Positions 49,243-61,027 of a DNA stretch of 64,000 nt are shown here, one piece after another. The notes under the pieces were generated by a model that worked only from the letters and a program-made list of their open reading frames with translations, searched no databases and was not told where the DNA came from. Position numbers and translations under genes: made by a program. The DNA is from Raja brachyura (Eukaryota). Numbering within the stretch: position 1 is the stretch's first letter; each line of letters begins with the position of its first letter. The DNA is taken from assembly GCA_963514005.1 (NCBI GenBank), contig OY740805.1, forward strand, positions 24,428,001 to 24,492,000, given 5' to 3'.

Positions 49243-50314
49243 TTTAAGTCCTGATCTTCCTTTTGTTTTAGTAAAGTTAGAACCTTTAGCAGTTGCTTGT
49301 TTAGGATCTTGAATATTCCCATGGCGTGGATTTAACATGACCCGTACTTGCCTTTCTAAGAAAGCCGCCAGGTCAAGCAACATGGCGTCTCGGTTCTCCA
49401 CTTCCATTATCCAGCTTGCCCTATCTTTCCACTTATCTCTAAGCCTATAGGGCAGATTTAAAATGATGACTTGATATCTTTCCACGCATAGGCCTTCTTC
49501 ATGTATGCGTTAACAATCCTCTGTTCGTTACCATAATGTTCTTTAAGCAACCTTCTTGCCTCTCGATAGCCTTGGCCTCTAGGCCTATTAAGACAACTGT
49601 CCACTTGTGTAATGCACCAGAAATTGTAAGTGGTCCCTTTCATCAGTAGTATTCATTTCTACTCCGTGAAACGCCATTATGAAAGCTTCTTACCGCAAAG
49701 GATCACCATCATATCTAAGAATTTCTATTGGTGGTAAGGTGGATGAGAGATTCTATTGAGCTATGAGCTCACTGATTTTTATTTGATTCCTCACCAATTA
49801 ATAGAATTCACCTTGAGATCCTTGGCTTGGTGCAGACAGATGATAAACAGGACTCTGAAAAGAATACTGGTCTGAGGAAGTTTTGTCACACATCCTATGA
49901 CTAGTTGTTTGTCCCTGAATGGCACAAGTGGATGATACGCAGGTAGACATCTGCCAATGTTGGCTTTCTCAAGCCTGTGTATCAGGCCTCTGAAAAGAGT
50001 GCTGAGTTCCTGGTTTGCTCCAAGCCTCGACAGACGCCCCATAAGTCTTTTGTTTCGGTCTAGCACCCAGTTGCTGAGATGAAGTTTTGTCGCCCATCAA
50101 CTGGCTCCATGCTAGTTCTCAGTCACGAGGCCAGATATCCTCTGGCTGTCGATTTGATTTAGCTGTAGCTTTCAGCTTAGCAGTTCCTTCTTGGACTAAG
50201 GAACTCTGCTTCTGAAATATTCTCGAGCCGCATCTTGAACCCTGACTTTCCATTATCTCCTTCGATTTGGCAAATGCCAACTTTGTGGCTAGTTCCAGCT
50301 GTTCCCTTTGTCTT

Positions 50315-50410
50315 CCCAGCTGTTCTTCTTGTCTTCTCAGCTGTTCTTCTTGTCCTCTCAGCTGTTCTTCTTGTCCTCTCAGCTGTTCTTCTTGTCTACT
50401 CAGGTGTTCT
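50315..50410 (-). repeat. 21-bp tandem repeat encoding heptads (QEEQLRG)n in BEL gag
   Basis: CAGCTGTTCTTCTTGTCCTCT repeated about 4-5 times. Confidence 0.8.
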
Positions 50411-52454
50411 ACTTGTTGCTCAATCTCATATTTCTTCTCCAAGGCATCCGCTTGTGGCTAAATCAGCTTTGACTTCCATTCAAGCAGAGGCCCTTGAAGC
50501 TGACCTAGATTTCTGTCTTGATCTTTGTGTAGATACATTTGAGATCCTCATGTGATTACATGTGGTGTAATCTCCTCTTCCATTTCAGCACCTTGTTGCA
50601 TCGCACTTTCAATTGTAGAGTGCGTAAGTTGCTTGATTTCAAATAACCACTTCTGCACATAATCTACCAACTCATTGAAAAATTCCACTCTTTCTTGGAA
50701 CCACTGGGTGTGGCTTTTGAGTTCTTCATCGGGCAATTGTAAACTTAGCAATGAGCTTTGCTTTTCTCCAACCTCGTGACCAAGGCTGAATAATTGCTCC
50801 AGATTAGATTGCACTATCTTCGCATTCTCTTTTGATTCCATGAGTTTCTTCTGGATTTCACTTTTCTTGATCATCTGCTTCCATAACTTGTCTCTATCCG
50901 CCTGGGTTCTTCCCAGGGACGCTGCTTCCCCCTTCTCAGTTTGCTTGGTATCTCTCTTCTCATATCTTTTCTCCACAGTTCCAGCTTCTGACTCCTCATC
51001 TAACTTACATGTCTTCATCATTTTGCAGGCTATTCCTTTAAGGATGTGTTGGCCTAATAGCGTTTCAGCGTAATGACGTGCTTACATCCAACTGGATTCT
51101 TAATTGGACTGGAATTTAAAACAATCTGCAGAGTTCAAAAACAAACTGGTCTTCTTGAAAACACATCATTAATTCCAAAGTTATGAAGGTCTTCTTTGCC
51201 AGTGGCTGATGTAAACATTCATTTGCTGAGCACGCCTTATCTTATAGAAATTCATAACATCTAATTATTTTCATGGTTGTTTGGCTCAATGCTGGCTGTT
51301 ATCTTCAAGCCAATAAAAACCTGCTTCTGACTGCTTTCCAAACTTTTGCAGAATCCGTTACAGACGTAAATGTCTGATATTTCTGATATATAGCAAGCAA
51401 TAGATTGCTACTCATGGCCCTTTCTCGATCAATGAAGTCTTCTTTCTTCCGATGACCCAGGCGTTCAACCTGGTGGATTCGTTAATCCAAGAATCAGGCT
51501 GTAATCTCTAGCAAGATATCCAGCTTCTTCAGTTCTTCCTCTATGGATCAAATCTTTAGTAACAGTTGTTTTTATACCCCTTTTAGAATCAGTTCTTCTA
51601 CTTAATCCATTTTTGGAATAGTTTTCTACTAAAGGTATAGTGGCAGCTTTTGAAAGCATCCCAAAGTTCAACCTTCGTTAAGCCACTAATATGTAGGAGA
51701 CCATTGGTAAAGTAATCACACGCACGTCACAACACTCCTGAGATAGCAATGATGAATCTTCCAGAGCTAGTTTGTTGATTAATAGCATCTTTATTGTAGA
51801 AATACAGAACAATGAATTAACTCTTAACTTCCGTTCTTATTCATCATCCCGATCATGCTGGTGGTTCATGATGATAATGTGTCGTAGACATGGTAGAAAA
51901 CTGTATCATCTCCTGGCTCTGACATCAAAACTGAAACTAATGTATCTGAGCGTCTGCGCTAGACTCTTCTGGCTAAAAACATTCCCAGCCTACTTAAATA
52001 ACTCCACCCACATTAACACATGCAGATAATAATTAAAGGTAACAAGACAGGTGGTTATAATAAACTTACTTAAGCTAAATGGCTCCTACACTTTCTTTAC
52101 TGTTCGTAGCTGTGTGGTAGCTAATGTAAACACTGAACATCTCTACATGTGTGTGTTCATCTATCTCAGATGTGGCACAAAAACCTGGAGTAACTCAACA
52201 GGTCAGACTGCATCTCTGGGGAAAATGAACAGGTAACGTTTCGGGTCGAGAACCTTCTTCAGACTCTGGAGTCTTCAGGAGTCTGAAGAAGTGTTCGACC
52301 CAAAATGTCACCCAATCCTTTTCTCCAGAGGTGCTGCCTGACTCGCTGAGTTACTCCAGCTTTTTGTGTCAATCTTCAGTTTAAACCAGCATCTGCACTT
52401 CCTTCCTACTTATTTCAGGTGTGATACTGTTTGAATTAATTCATTGTTTTGCAG

Positions 52455-52754
52455 CTCAGTGGACAAGTAACAGCATGCTGGCCGCTACAGGTTCCTCTGT
52501 TCCATTCCCCGGAACTGATAAGAAATTCACAAATGTCCACTGGGGCTTCTCAGATTCCAGCCGGAATCTCCTCATTACCGAGGTGCATGAAGGAAATATC
52601 ATCATATATGAAAAGTACAAGAATCGAATTAAAGTTAACAAATCAGATGGATCATTTCAATTAAAAGATGTCGGTAAAGCAGACAGTGGCCGCTATAAAA
52701 TGACGGTGGACTTAGACCCACAGAGGACCAGAATTCTAACTCTTGAAGTCATTG
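52455..52754 (+). CDS. Copy C coding exon 2: IgV (N-type) domain lacking the canonical disulfide
   Basis: TTTTGCAG acceptor, G|GTAAGT donor, 300 nt, phase 1-1; GSSVPFP..VHW..YKNRIKVNKSDGSFQLKDVGKADSGRYKM..ILTLEV is the CD2/CEACAM-type V-set pattern. Confidence 0.9.
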
Positions 52755-54702
52755 GTAAGTAACCAGAGGGTTTGTGATTATTTAAATGAAATGGTGACAG
52801 TGTGCTGAGTCGACATTTTCCAAGCATGAATCCTTTTCCTGTTTTATTTGCCTTGAAGCTCAATTATTGTAAGTTGAGTTTAGTTCAGAGATACATCATA
52901 GAAACAGGCACTTTGGTCCACCGAGTCCACACCGACCAGTGATCTCATTAACACTACCCTGCACACACTAGGGACAATTTTACATTTACGCCAAAACAAA
53001 TCACATATAATCCGGTATATTTCTGGTATGTGGGAGGAAACCAAAGATCTCTGAGAAAACCCACGCAGGTCATGGGGAGAACGTACAGGTTAGGGGGAGA
53101 ACTAGGACCCGTAGTTAAGATGAAACCCGGGTCTCTAGCGCTTTAAGGCATTAGCTTTACCGCTACGCCACCATACCACCCAAATATCTGTAGGTATACC
53201 TTGCTTTTTCCCCACCATGCATTCCCACTCTCAATTTTACCATCTTTCCTCACACCAACTCAGTATCCAGTTCAGTTCAGTTTAGTCTATTGTCACGTGT
53301 ACTGAGGTACCGTGAAAAGCTTTTGTTGCGTGCTAACCATTCAGCAGAAAGACAAAATATAATTACAATCCAGCCATCCACAGTGCACAGACACATGATA
53401 TGGGAATAACGTTTAGTACAAGGGAAAGCCAGTAAAGTCCGGTCAAAGATAGTGCAAGGGTCACCAATGAGGTGGATAGTAGTTCAGGACTGCTCTCTGG
53501 TTGTGGTAGGATGGTTCAGTTGCCTGATAACAGCTGGGAAGAAACTGTCCCTGAATCTGGAGGTGTGCGTTTTCATACTTCTGCACCTCTTGCCCGATGG
53601 GAGAGGGGAGAAGAGGGAGTGGCTGGGATGCGACTCATCCTTGATTATGCTGCTGGCCTTGCCGAAGCAGCGTGAGGTGTGGATGGAGTAAATGGAAGGG
53701 AGGTTGGTTTGTGTGATGGTCTGGGCTGCATCCAACGTGTGCAGACGGGGCATCGAAGTACGAGAAGCCGAAGCAAAGAAGTGGAAACCAAGATACCTGA
53801 CGGACACGACGGCAAAAAGCCAAATGACTCATCGGACGCGGCGCCCTAAACCCAAATAACCGAACGGGCGCAATGCTGAAACCCAAATACATGACGACGA
53901 AAAGCCAAATAACGGAATGACGTCTCCGTGGCAGGGTTTGTCCGAGACCTTGTAGGGGTATGGAATAAGATTCCCGAGGAAGTAGTTTTGGCTGGGACTA
54001 TTGCTACATTTAAGAAACAATTAGACAAGTACATGGATGGGACAGGTTAGGAGGGAGATGGGGTGTCAGCGAGGAGATTACGGTGACTGGGAAGATGGAA
54101 GTTAGTGGGTGAAATGGGCATGTACTGGGGTGAGGGGAGGGTGTGTCACCGGGAAGGAGGAGGTAGGTGAAGGGGTCATTACACATTGGAGCCCAAATTC
54201 AGTCCCGAGCGAGTCCTCCAGCTCCGTGATGTTAGGCCGCAGAGCGACCGGAGATACAACCCAGAAAACAATCGCATCTCCGTCAAGGTAAGAGTCTGAA
54301 AAACAGTTTCCCTCGACCCCCTCCCCATCCCCCACATAAAACAAACCAAAGCACATTTACACAAACTTTAAAACACACATAAACTAACAATGAAAAGACG
54401 AAAAAACTGTCAGACTGTTGGCAAGGCTGCCATTCATGCGGCACCCTGGTGGTATTATCAGACTGATTATATACCCTGGTGGTATATAAATCAGGCTGAT
54501 GGTGATAACGTTCCTTTTCTTAATAACAGACAACACAATGGGTTAGGTAAACCAACTCAAGCTTTACTGATCATCAGCCGGCGGAAGTGACGGGGATACA
54601 CCAGTCAAGTAAGCAACAGGCACTTGTCTCCCCGAGCCACCACTTCAATGAACAAAGATTTGCACGGTGTTTTGTACTATGCATCACTCAGTCACATTCC
54701 AA

Positions 54703-55238
54703 GGTAGATAAAAATGCTGGAGAAACTCAGCGGGTGAGGCAGTATCTATGGAACAAAGGAAATAGGCAATGTTTCGGGTTGAGACCCTTCTTCAGACTGA
54801 TGGGGGGGGGGGCGGGAAGAAGAAAAGGAAGAGGCGGAGACAGTGGGCTGAGGGAGAGCTGAGAAGGGGAGGAGAAAGCAGGGACTACCTGAAATTGGAG
54901 AAGTCAATGTTCATACCGCTGGGGTGTAAACTGCCCAAGCGAAATATGTGGTGCTGCTGCTCCAATTTACGGTGGTCCTCACTCTGGCCATGGAGGAGGC
55001 CCAGGACAGAAAGGTCGGATTCCGAATGGGAGGGGGAGTTGAAGTGCTGGGCCACCGCGAGATCAGGTAGGTTAATGCGAACTGAGCGGAGGTGTTGGAC
55101 GAAGCGATCGCCAAGCCTACGCTTGGTCTCACCAATGTAGAGCAGCTGACACCTAGAGCAGCGGATGCAATAGATGAGGTTGGAGGAGGTGCAGCTGAAC
55201 TTCTGCCGCACCTGGAAAGACTGTTTTGGTCCTTTCAA
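54703..55238 (-). mobile_element. Penelope-like GIY-YIG fragment replacing the 3' part of the ERV
   Basis: ORF 54885..55238 NLIYCIRCSRCQLLYIGETKRRLGDRF. Confidence 0.85.
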
Positions 55239-55421
55239 CCTTCACTGCTGTCGGTGTAGTCAGCAGCACCTGGTATGGACGTTCCAGCGTGGGTCGAGTT
55301 TCCTACGGTCCCAATGACTTATAAGTACGTAGTCCCCTGGTTGGACTATTTTGCTCTGGTCACCGTCAGGTAGCGGCCTCTGGGACTCGTTTACCTGTCT
55401 GTGTAATGCTGACAGAATACT

Positions 55422-56383
55422 CGAAAGAGAGTTGGGATAAATACTTGCTATATGTGCATGAATGCTTGATGAGCATACAAGTAAGACATATCTTAATCCA
55501 ATTCAAAATTCTACATAGATTATATTATTCGAAAACTAAACTAAATAAAATATTTCCAAATGTTTCCCCTATTTGTGATAAATGTTTATCTCAAGATGCA
55601 ACTATATTAATAGTTATTGGACTGAGATTTTTTAAATTATTTCTATAGTTCTTAAGATTACATTAAATCCTGACCCAAAGCTAATAATATTTGGTGTTTT
55701 AGATTCAAATCAAACATTAACAGTAAATCAAAGAAATGTTCTCGATTACTGTTTAATGATTGGAAAAAAATTAATATTAAAATTTTGGAAGGGACCATTA
55801 TCCCCTACAATCAAAATGTGGACAGTGGAAATGTTGGAGACATTGCAATTGGAGAGAATTAGGTTTATCCTAATGGATAAACACGAACTTTTTGAACAAA
55901 TATGGTCTCCATTCACTGATTATATGAAGGGGTAGCTGGGCTCAGCTTTGAAACTCAACAAGTACCCGGTGGTAAGATCAGATGAAAAGGTTTAATCTGA
56001 GATTTGTATACTTGTCTCTATATATATATATATATTATTAGAAATTGTTCCATTCATTGTTAAGATGTATACTTTTTTTTATTTTTAAGTATAATAATTG
56101 TTTGTCAGTAATATGGGTTTTTTTGTTTTTTTTGTTTAAAAAAAAAAAAAAATTTCTCCTCACATATAATCAAAATTATAATCACACTTTTTAAAATTAA
56201 ACATCTATTTTTTCTTTACTCTTTTTTCATTTCACTATTTTAAAAAATTATTTTGAGGCTTATATATATTGCTTTGTAATATTCATATAACTTTGGAAAT
56301 ATGTAATATGTATATCTGAAAAAATTGTTATATTATTTGTAATACGTATGGCCTCTAATAAAAATATATAAAATTAAAAAAAA
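55422..56383 (+). mobile_element. L1-clade 3' fragment nested in the ERV
   Basis: IQFKILHRLYYSK..CDKC; A-rich tail; AGAATACTC duplicated at the flanks; its 3'UTR also occurs inverted at about 41060-41290. Confidence 0.85.
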
Positions 56384-57584
56384 AGAATACTCTCTTGGCA
56401 GCAAAAACATACACAATTGGTCTTACCTTCGGAGTCTGTATTAAGGACCTTGGCGGGGAACCAGATCAACCTTTGATGAAGCACCACAGATGTTCCCAGG
56501 AGCTTCTATGGGAGTTCAATCTCAAAGGGTCCAATTAGAGCTCAGTTTTCCCCCTGTCCAATCCCGGTCACTCTACAGCTATCTTATACAGTCATCTGTT
56601 GATGGTCCCAGCGAGGTCCTGCCAACTTTATGCCAACGAAAAACTTCCTTTTCTTAATAACAGACAACACAATGGGTTAGGTAAACCAACTCAAGCTTTA
56701 CTGATCATCAGCCAGCAGAAGTGACGGGGATACACCAGTCAAGTAAGCAACAGGCACTTGACTTCCCCGCACCACCGCTTCAATGAACAAAGATTTGCAC
56801 GATGTTTTATACTGTGTGTCACTTAGTCACATTCCAAAGGTATTTAGTCATGGTCTAAAGATGCAGCCAATATACATCACTACAGCACCTTCAGGACCAG
56901 CCATTTTAAATCATCTTATCAGTTGGTACTTCCAAGACAAGATATTTCAAAGGCATTTAGTCACTGTCTCAATATACATCAACCTGAGACAAGCCTGGGT
57001 GTGTGTGTCGCTCTCTCTCTCTCTCTTTTCTCTCTCTTTTTCTTACAAGCTACAACCTGGTCAAGTATCCCTTAACCTTCTCAATGGCAGATGGTGGCTG
57101 AGAAATGTGAAGCATTATATTGTGGGAGATGTGTAAGATGTGTCAATGGAACCTAGAGGGCATAGTTCTAAATGGGGTGTGAGAGAGATGGGGGTGAGGA
57201 CCTCATGATCTGGTATCAAGATAACAACCTTGGAGGTAGTGATGGAGTTCAGAAAGGAAGCGGTTCACATAGCCCAGTATGCAATATGGCGCCGAGGTAG
57301 CGATGGTTGAAAATGTTAAGTTTGGAGGAGTAAACATCACCAGTTTCTTGTCCTGGACCACCCATATCGAAGCAATGGTAAAAAAAGCAGGCTAACACCT
57401 CTACCTCTTCATAAAATATAGGAGCGTGGCCAGGGTGGTGTGAGTCTCTGATGATGCTGGCTGCCTTTTTGAGGCAGTGACTCTTGTACAACCCTTTAAT
57501 AAATCTGGAATTAGATTTGTATACTTGAGGTCTAAAAAATGGAGTTTGTGTCTTGGCTCATTGACTCCAGATGTTGTTCTCCAG

Positions 57585-57854
57585 ATCCTCTCTCCACACC
57601 ATCCATCTCCTGTGAATACAACCCTGAGAACCACACGGCTGTGCTGAACTGCACGGTGCAGAGAGGGAGAGCTACTTCCATTCTGTGGAGCAGAGAAGGA
57701 GTTGTCCTCCCAGTGAGCCCACGGCAGTCCCTGTCTGATGGGAATGTAACTTTTACCATTTGGAACGCAGAGAAATCAGACTCTGGCTATTACACGTGCA
57801 GCGTGGAAAACCAAGTCAGTCGAACCAACAGCACCTACCAGCTGGTCATCAAGG
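57585..57854 (+). CDS. Copy C coding exon 3: IgC2-type domain
   Basis: TTCTCCAG acceptor, G|GTAAGT donor, 270 nt, phase 1-1; DPLSTPSI..VLNC..ILWSREG..LSDGNVTFTI..DSGYYTCSVENQVS. Confidence 0.92.
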
Positions 57855-57917
57855 GTAAGTCTGTCACGGTATTGGCAAAGGTCTATTTGACCCACATTGT
57901 TTATGTTACACAAGAAG

Positions 57918-58715
57918 TGGCACAGTGGTGCAGCGGTAGAGTTGCTGCCTCACAGCTCGTACGGCGTCAGAGACACAGGTTCGATCCTGGCTATGGGCCG
58001 TATTAAGTAATACAAGATAGACACAAAAAGCTGGAGTAACTCAGCCGGATCAGACAACATCTCTGGAGAAAAGGAATAGTTGACGTTTCTGGTCGAGATA
58101 CTTGTTCAGACTGAGGGTCGGGGGAAAGATGTTCCTTAAACATTTGTACGGAGTTTGTGCGTTCTCCCCGTGATCTGCATGGGTTTCCTTCCACATTCCA
58201 AAGATGTACATGCTTGTGGGTTAATTGGCTTGGTATCAATGTTAAAAAAAATATCCCATGTGTAGGATAGTGTTAATGTGCAGGGATCGGTGGTTGGTGC
58301 GAACTTGATGGGCCAAAGATCCTGTTTCCGCGCGATATATCTAAACTAAATAAAACTTAAGAACTCCTCCCCACTATTGTTATTTGACCTTATCAGCATA
58401 AGATATCATTCCATTCTCCCTAGTGTGTTCAACATCCAGTTTAGGTTCTAGTTGCAGAGATTCAACACGGAAGCATGTGCTTCTGTCCACCGAGACCGAC
58501 CAGGGATCTCCGCACACTAACACTATCCTACACACGAGGGACAATTTACAATTATACCAAAGTCAATTAACGTACAGAACGCCACGTTTTTGGAGTGTGG
58601 GAGAAAACCCACGGGGACAACGTACAGACTCCGTGCAGACAAGGACCTGTGGTCATGAACGAACCCGGGTCTCTGGCACTGTAAGGCAGCAACTCAACCA
58701 CTGTGCTATCGTGCA
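57918..58715. mobile_element. Two V-SINE (HE1-like) copies in opposite orientation, with a nested Penelope-derived short repeat
   Basis: tRNA-like heads GGTGCAGCGGTAGAGTTGCTGCC, V-domain and (AAACT)n tails at about 57918-58355 (+) and 58440-58715 (-). Confidence 0.65.
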
Positions 58716-59059
58716 ATCCAAGTTGTAAAGGTCTATCGCACAGATGCTGGCCATTTGTCCCATGTTCATCTTTATGCTACACAAGAGCCCCTCTCCACAC
58801 TTGTTATCTGTCCTTATCAGCGTATGTTACTCTACACTCCAAGTACTTTCCATACATATAACATACCCTCAAATTCTAATTGAAATGGATGACTATCTTA
58901 TTCCTAGTCATAGAGTGATAGTGTGGAAATAGGCCTTTCGGCCCAACTTAGCCAACTGTCCCAGCTACACTCGTCCCACCTGCCTACATTTGGTCCATAT
59001 CCATATAACCATATAACAATTACAGCACGGAAACAGGCCATCTCGGCCCTTCAAGTCCG

Positions 59060-60290
59060 TGCCGAACACCTTTTTTCCCTTAGTCCCACCTGCCTGCACT
59101 CATACCATAACCCTCCATACCCTTCTCATCCATATGCCTATCCAATTTATTTTTAAATGATACCAATGAACCTGCCGCCACCACTTCCACTGGAAGCTCA
59201 TTCCACACCGCCACCACTCTCTGAGTAAAGAAGTTCCCCCTCATGTTACCCCTAAACCTCTGTCCCTTAATTCTAAAGTCATGTCCTCTTGTTTGAATCT
59301 TCCCTATTCTCAAAGGGAAAAGCTTGTCCACATTAACTCTGTCTATCCCTCTCATCATTTTAAAGACCTCTATCAAGTCCCCCCCTTAACCTTCTGCGCT
59401 CCAGAGAATAAAGACCTAACTTATTCAACCTATCTCTGTAACTTAGCTGTTGAAACCCAGGCAACATTCTAGTAAATCTCCTCTGTACCCTCTCTATTTT
59501 GTTGACATCCTTCCTATAATTGGGCGACCAAAATTGTACACCATACTCCAGATTTGGTCTCACCAATGCCTTGTACAATTTTAACATTGCATCCCAGCTT
59601 CTATACTCAATGCTCAGATTTATAAAGGCTAGCATACCAAAAGCTTTCTTTACCACCCTATCTATATGAGATTCCACCTTCAAGGAACTATGCTCGGTTA
59701 TTCCCAGATCCCTCTGTTCAACTGTATTCTTCAATTCCCTACCGTTTACCATGTACGTCCTATTTTCCTATTAAAATTTCCCCTTTAAATGTCCTCCATT
59801 TCTCCTCTACATCTTTCCCATAAAACAAAATGTCCCAGTTCACTCCTTTTAAATCATCTCGCATCTCGTTAAAGTTAGCCTTTCTCCAATCAAAAATCTC
59901 AACCCTAGGCCCAGTTCTGTCCTTCTCCATAATTATATTGAAACCAATGGTATTGTGATCACTGGACCCGAAGTGCTCCCCTACGCATACCTCCGCCATA
60001 CACCCAGCACCCTTTATGTGAAAAAGTTACCACTCAGATTCCTCTTAAATCTTTTCTCCTTCACTTTAAAACTGTGTCCTCTGGTCCTCGATTCACTTAC
60101 TCTGGGCAAGAGTATTCTTCTCAAGATTTTTTCACCTCTATAAGATCACCCTTCATCCTCCTGCTCTCCAAAGAACAGAAACCCAGCCTACTCACCCTCT
60201 CCCTGTAGCTCAGACCCTCTACCCCTGTCAACATCCATGTAAATCTTCTCTGTGTCCTTTCCAACTTGACAACATCTTTCCTATAATTCA
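59060..60290 (-). mobile_element. CR1-type LINE fragments
   Basis: ORFs 59080..59376, 59360..59752, 59760..59999 (GSSDHN) and 60121..60303. Confidence 0.85.
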
Positions 60291-60519
60291 CATGATCTCT
60301 CATTCCGTTTTCCCTGTGTGGATAAATATCTCTCCAGACGTGATGTAGGAATTTTTTTTAATTATAAGGAAGGTAAATAGTCTTTAATCTGTTTAACCCA
60401 ATCGTGGGGAAGCAAGATAAGAACAATTTGCCAGCAAGGCGGCATGGAAGCGCAGCGGTAGAGTTGCAACCTTCCAGCGCTAGAGACCCAGGTTTTCCGC
60501 AAGTCTCGGATTGTCCACG

Positions 60520-60825
60520 TTTGGTTTAGTTTAGTTAGATTTAGAGATACAGCGTGGAAACAGGCCCTTCTGCCCACCGAGTCCGCACCGACCAGCGATC
60601 CCCGCATATTAACACTATCCTACACACACTAGGGACAATTTACACTAGCACTAAGCCAATTAACCTACATATCTGTACGCCTTTGGGTTGTGGGAGGAAA
60701 CTGAAGATCTCGGAGAAAACCCACGCAGGTCACGGCAAGAGCGAATAAACTCCATATAGACAGCACCCGTAGTCAGGATCGAATCCGGGTCTCCGACGCT
60801 GCAAGGCAGCAACTCTACCGCTATC
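60520..60825 (-). mobile_element. V-SINE (HE1-like)
   Basis: Head AGCGGTAGAGTTGCTGCC..GGATTCGATCC, V-domain and (AAACT)n tail on the minus strand. Confidence 0.7.
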
Positions 60826-61027
60826 GAGGAGAAGTCTGCTGTGTGATTACCGATTGTACACCACAATCAAACAACTTCATTCTACCTAGATACGTGACAA
60901 TAAAATATCACTGAATCATTGCATTGAATCAAAAACATGATAAATACAAAGGGAAGTCTTCTCTGCATCATGGACATTTAAATTGAAATCTACAATAGGT
61001 AACCAAAGGTGATTTATTTTGTTCTAG

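Larger units (their letters stand above)
46311..52090 (-). mobile_element. BEL/Pao LTR retrotransposon, degenerate and with most of pol deleted, antisense in intron 1 of copy C
   Basis: LTR pair 46311-46705 (outer end clipped) and 51692-52090 (TGTAGGAG...CTCCTACA); gag-like coiled coil, GYREARRLLKEHYGN motif, zinc knuckle CFGCLKKGHIVKDC, protease-like TYTMLDHGRSTAFC and DLLIGTN. Confidence 0.88.
14078..53670. repeat. Large imperfect inverted segmental duplication (arm B 14078-35326, arm C 35327-53670)
   Basis: Collinear reverse-complement matches: 14078-15690 vs 52090-53670, 17500-17890 vs 45620-46030, 27390-28100 vs 41950-43090, 28955-30900 vs 35640-37070, 33890-33994 vs 35327-35430. Confidence 0.85.
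54503..57145 (-). mobile_element. Internally deleted class I (gamma/epsilon-like) endogenous retrovirus in intron 2 of copy C
   Basis: 4-bp TSD ATGG; 5' LTR 56637-57145; partial 3' LTR 54503-54704; PBS-like TGGCATAAAGTTGGCAGGA (56617-56635); integrase C-terminus QPGDYVLI..LDPRWN/PYQVLLTTPTAVK (55240-55420). Confidence 0.8.

Noticed and set aside
50235-50555. Hydrophobic or Cys/Ser-rich repeat ORFs on the + strand (AVLLVLS.., SCSSCPL..)
   Set aside because: Antisense readings of the 21-bp gag heptad repeat
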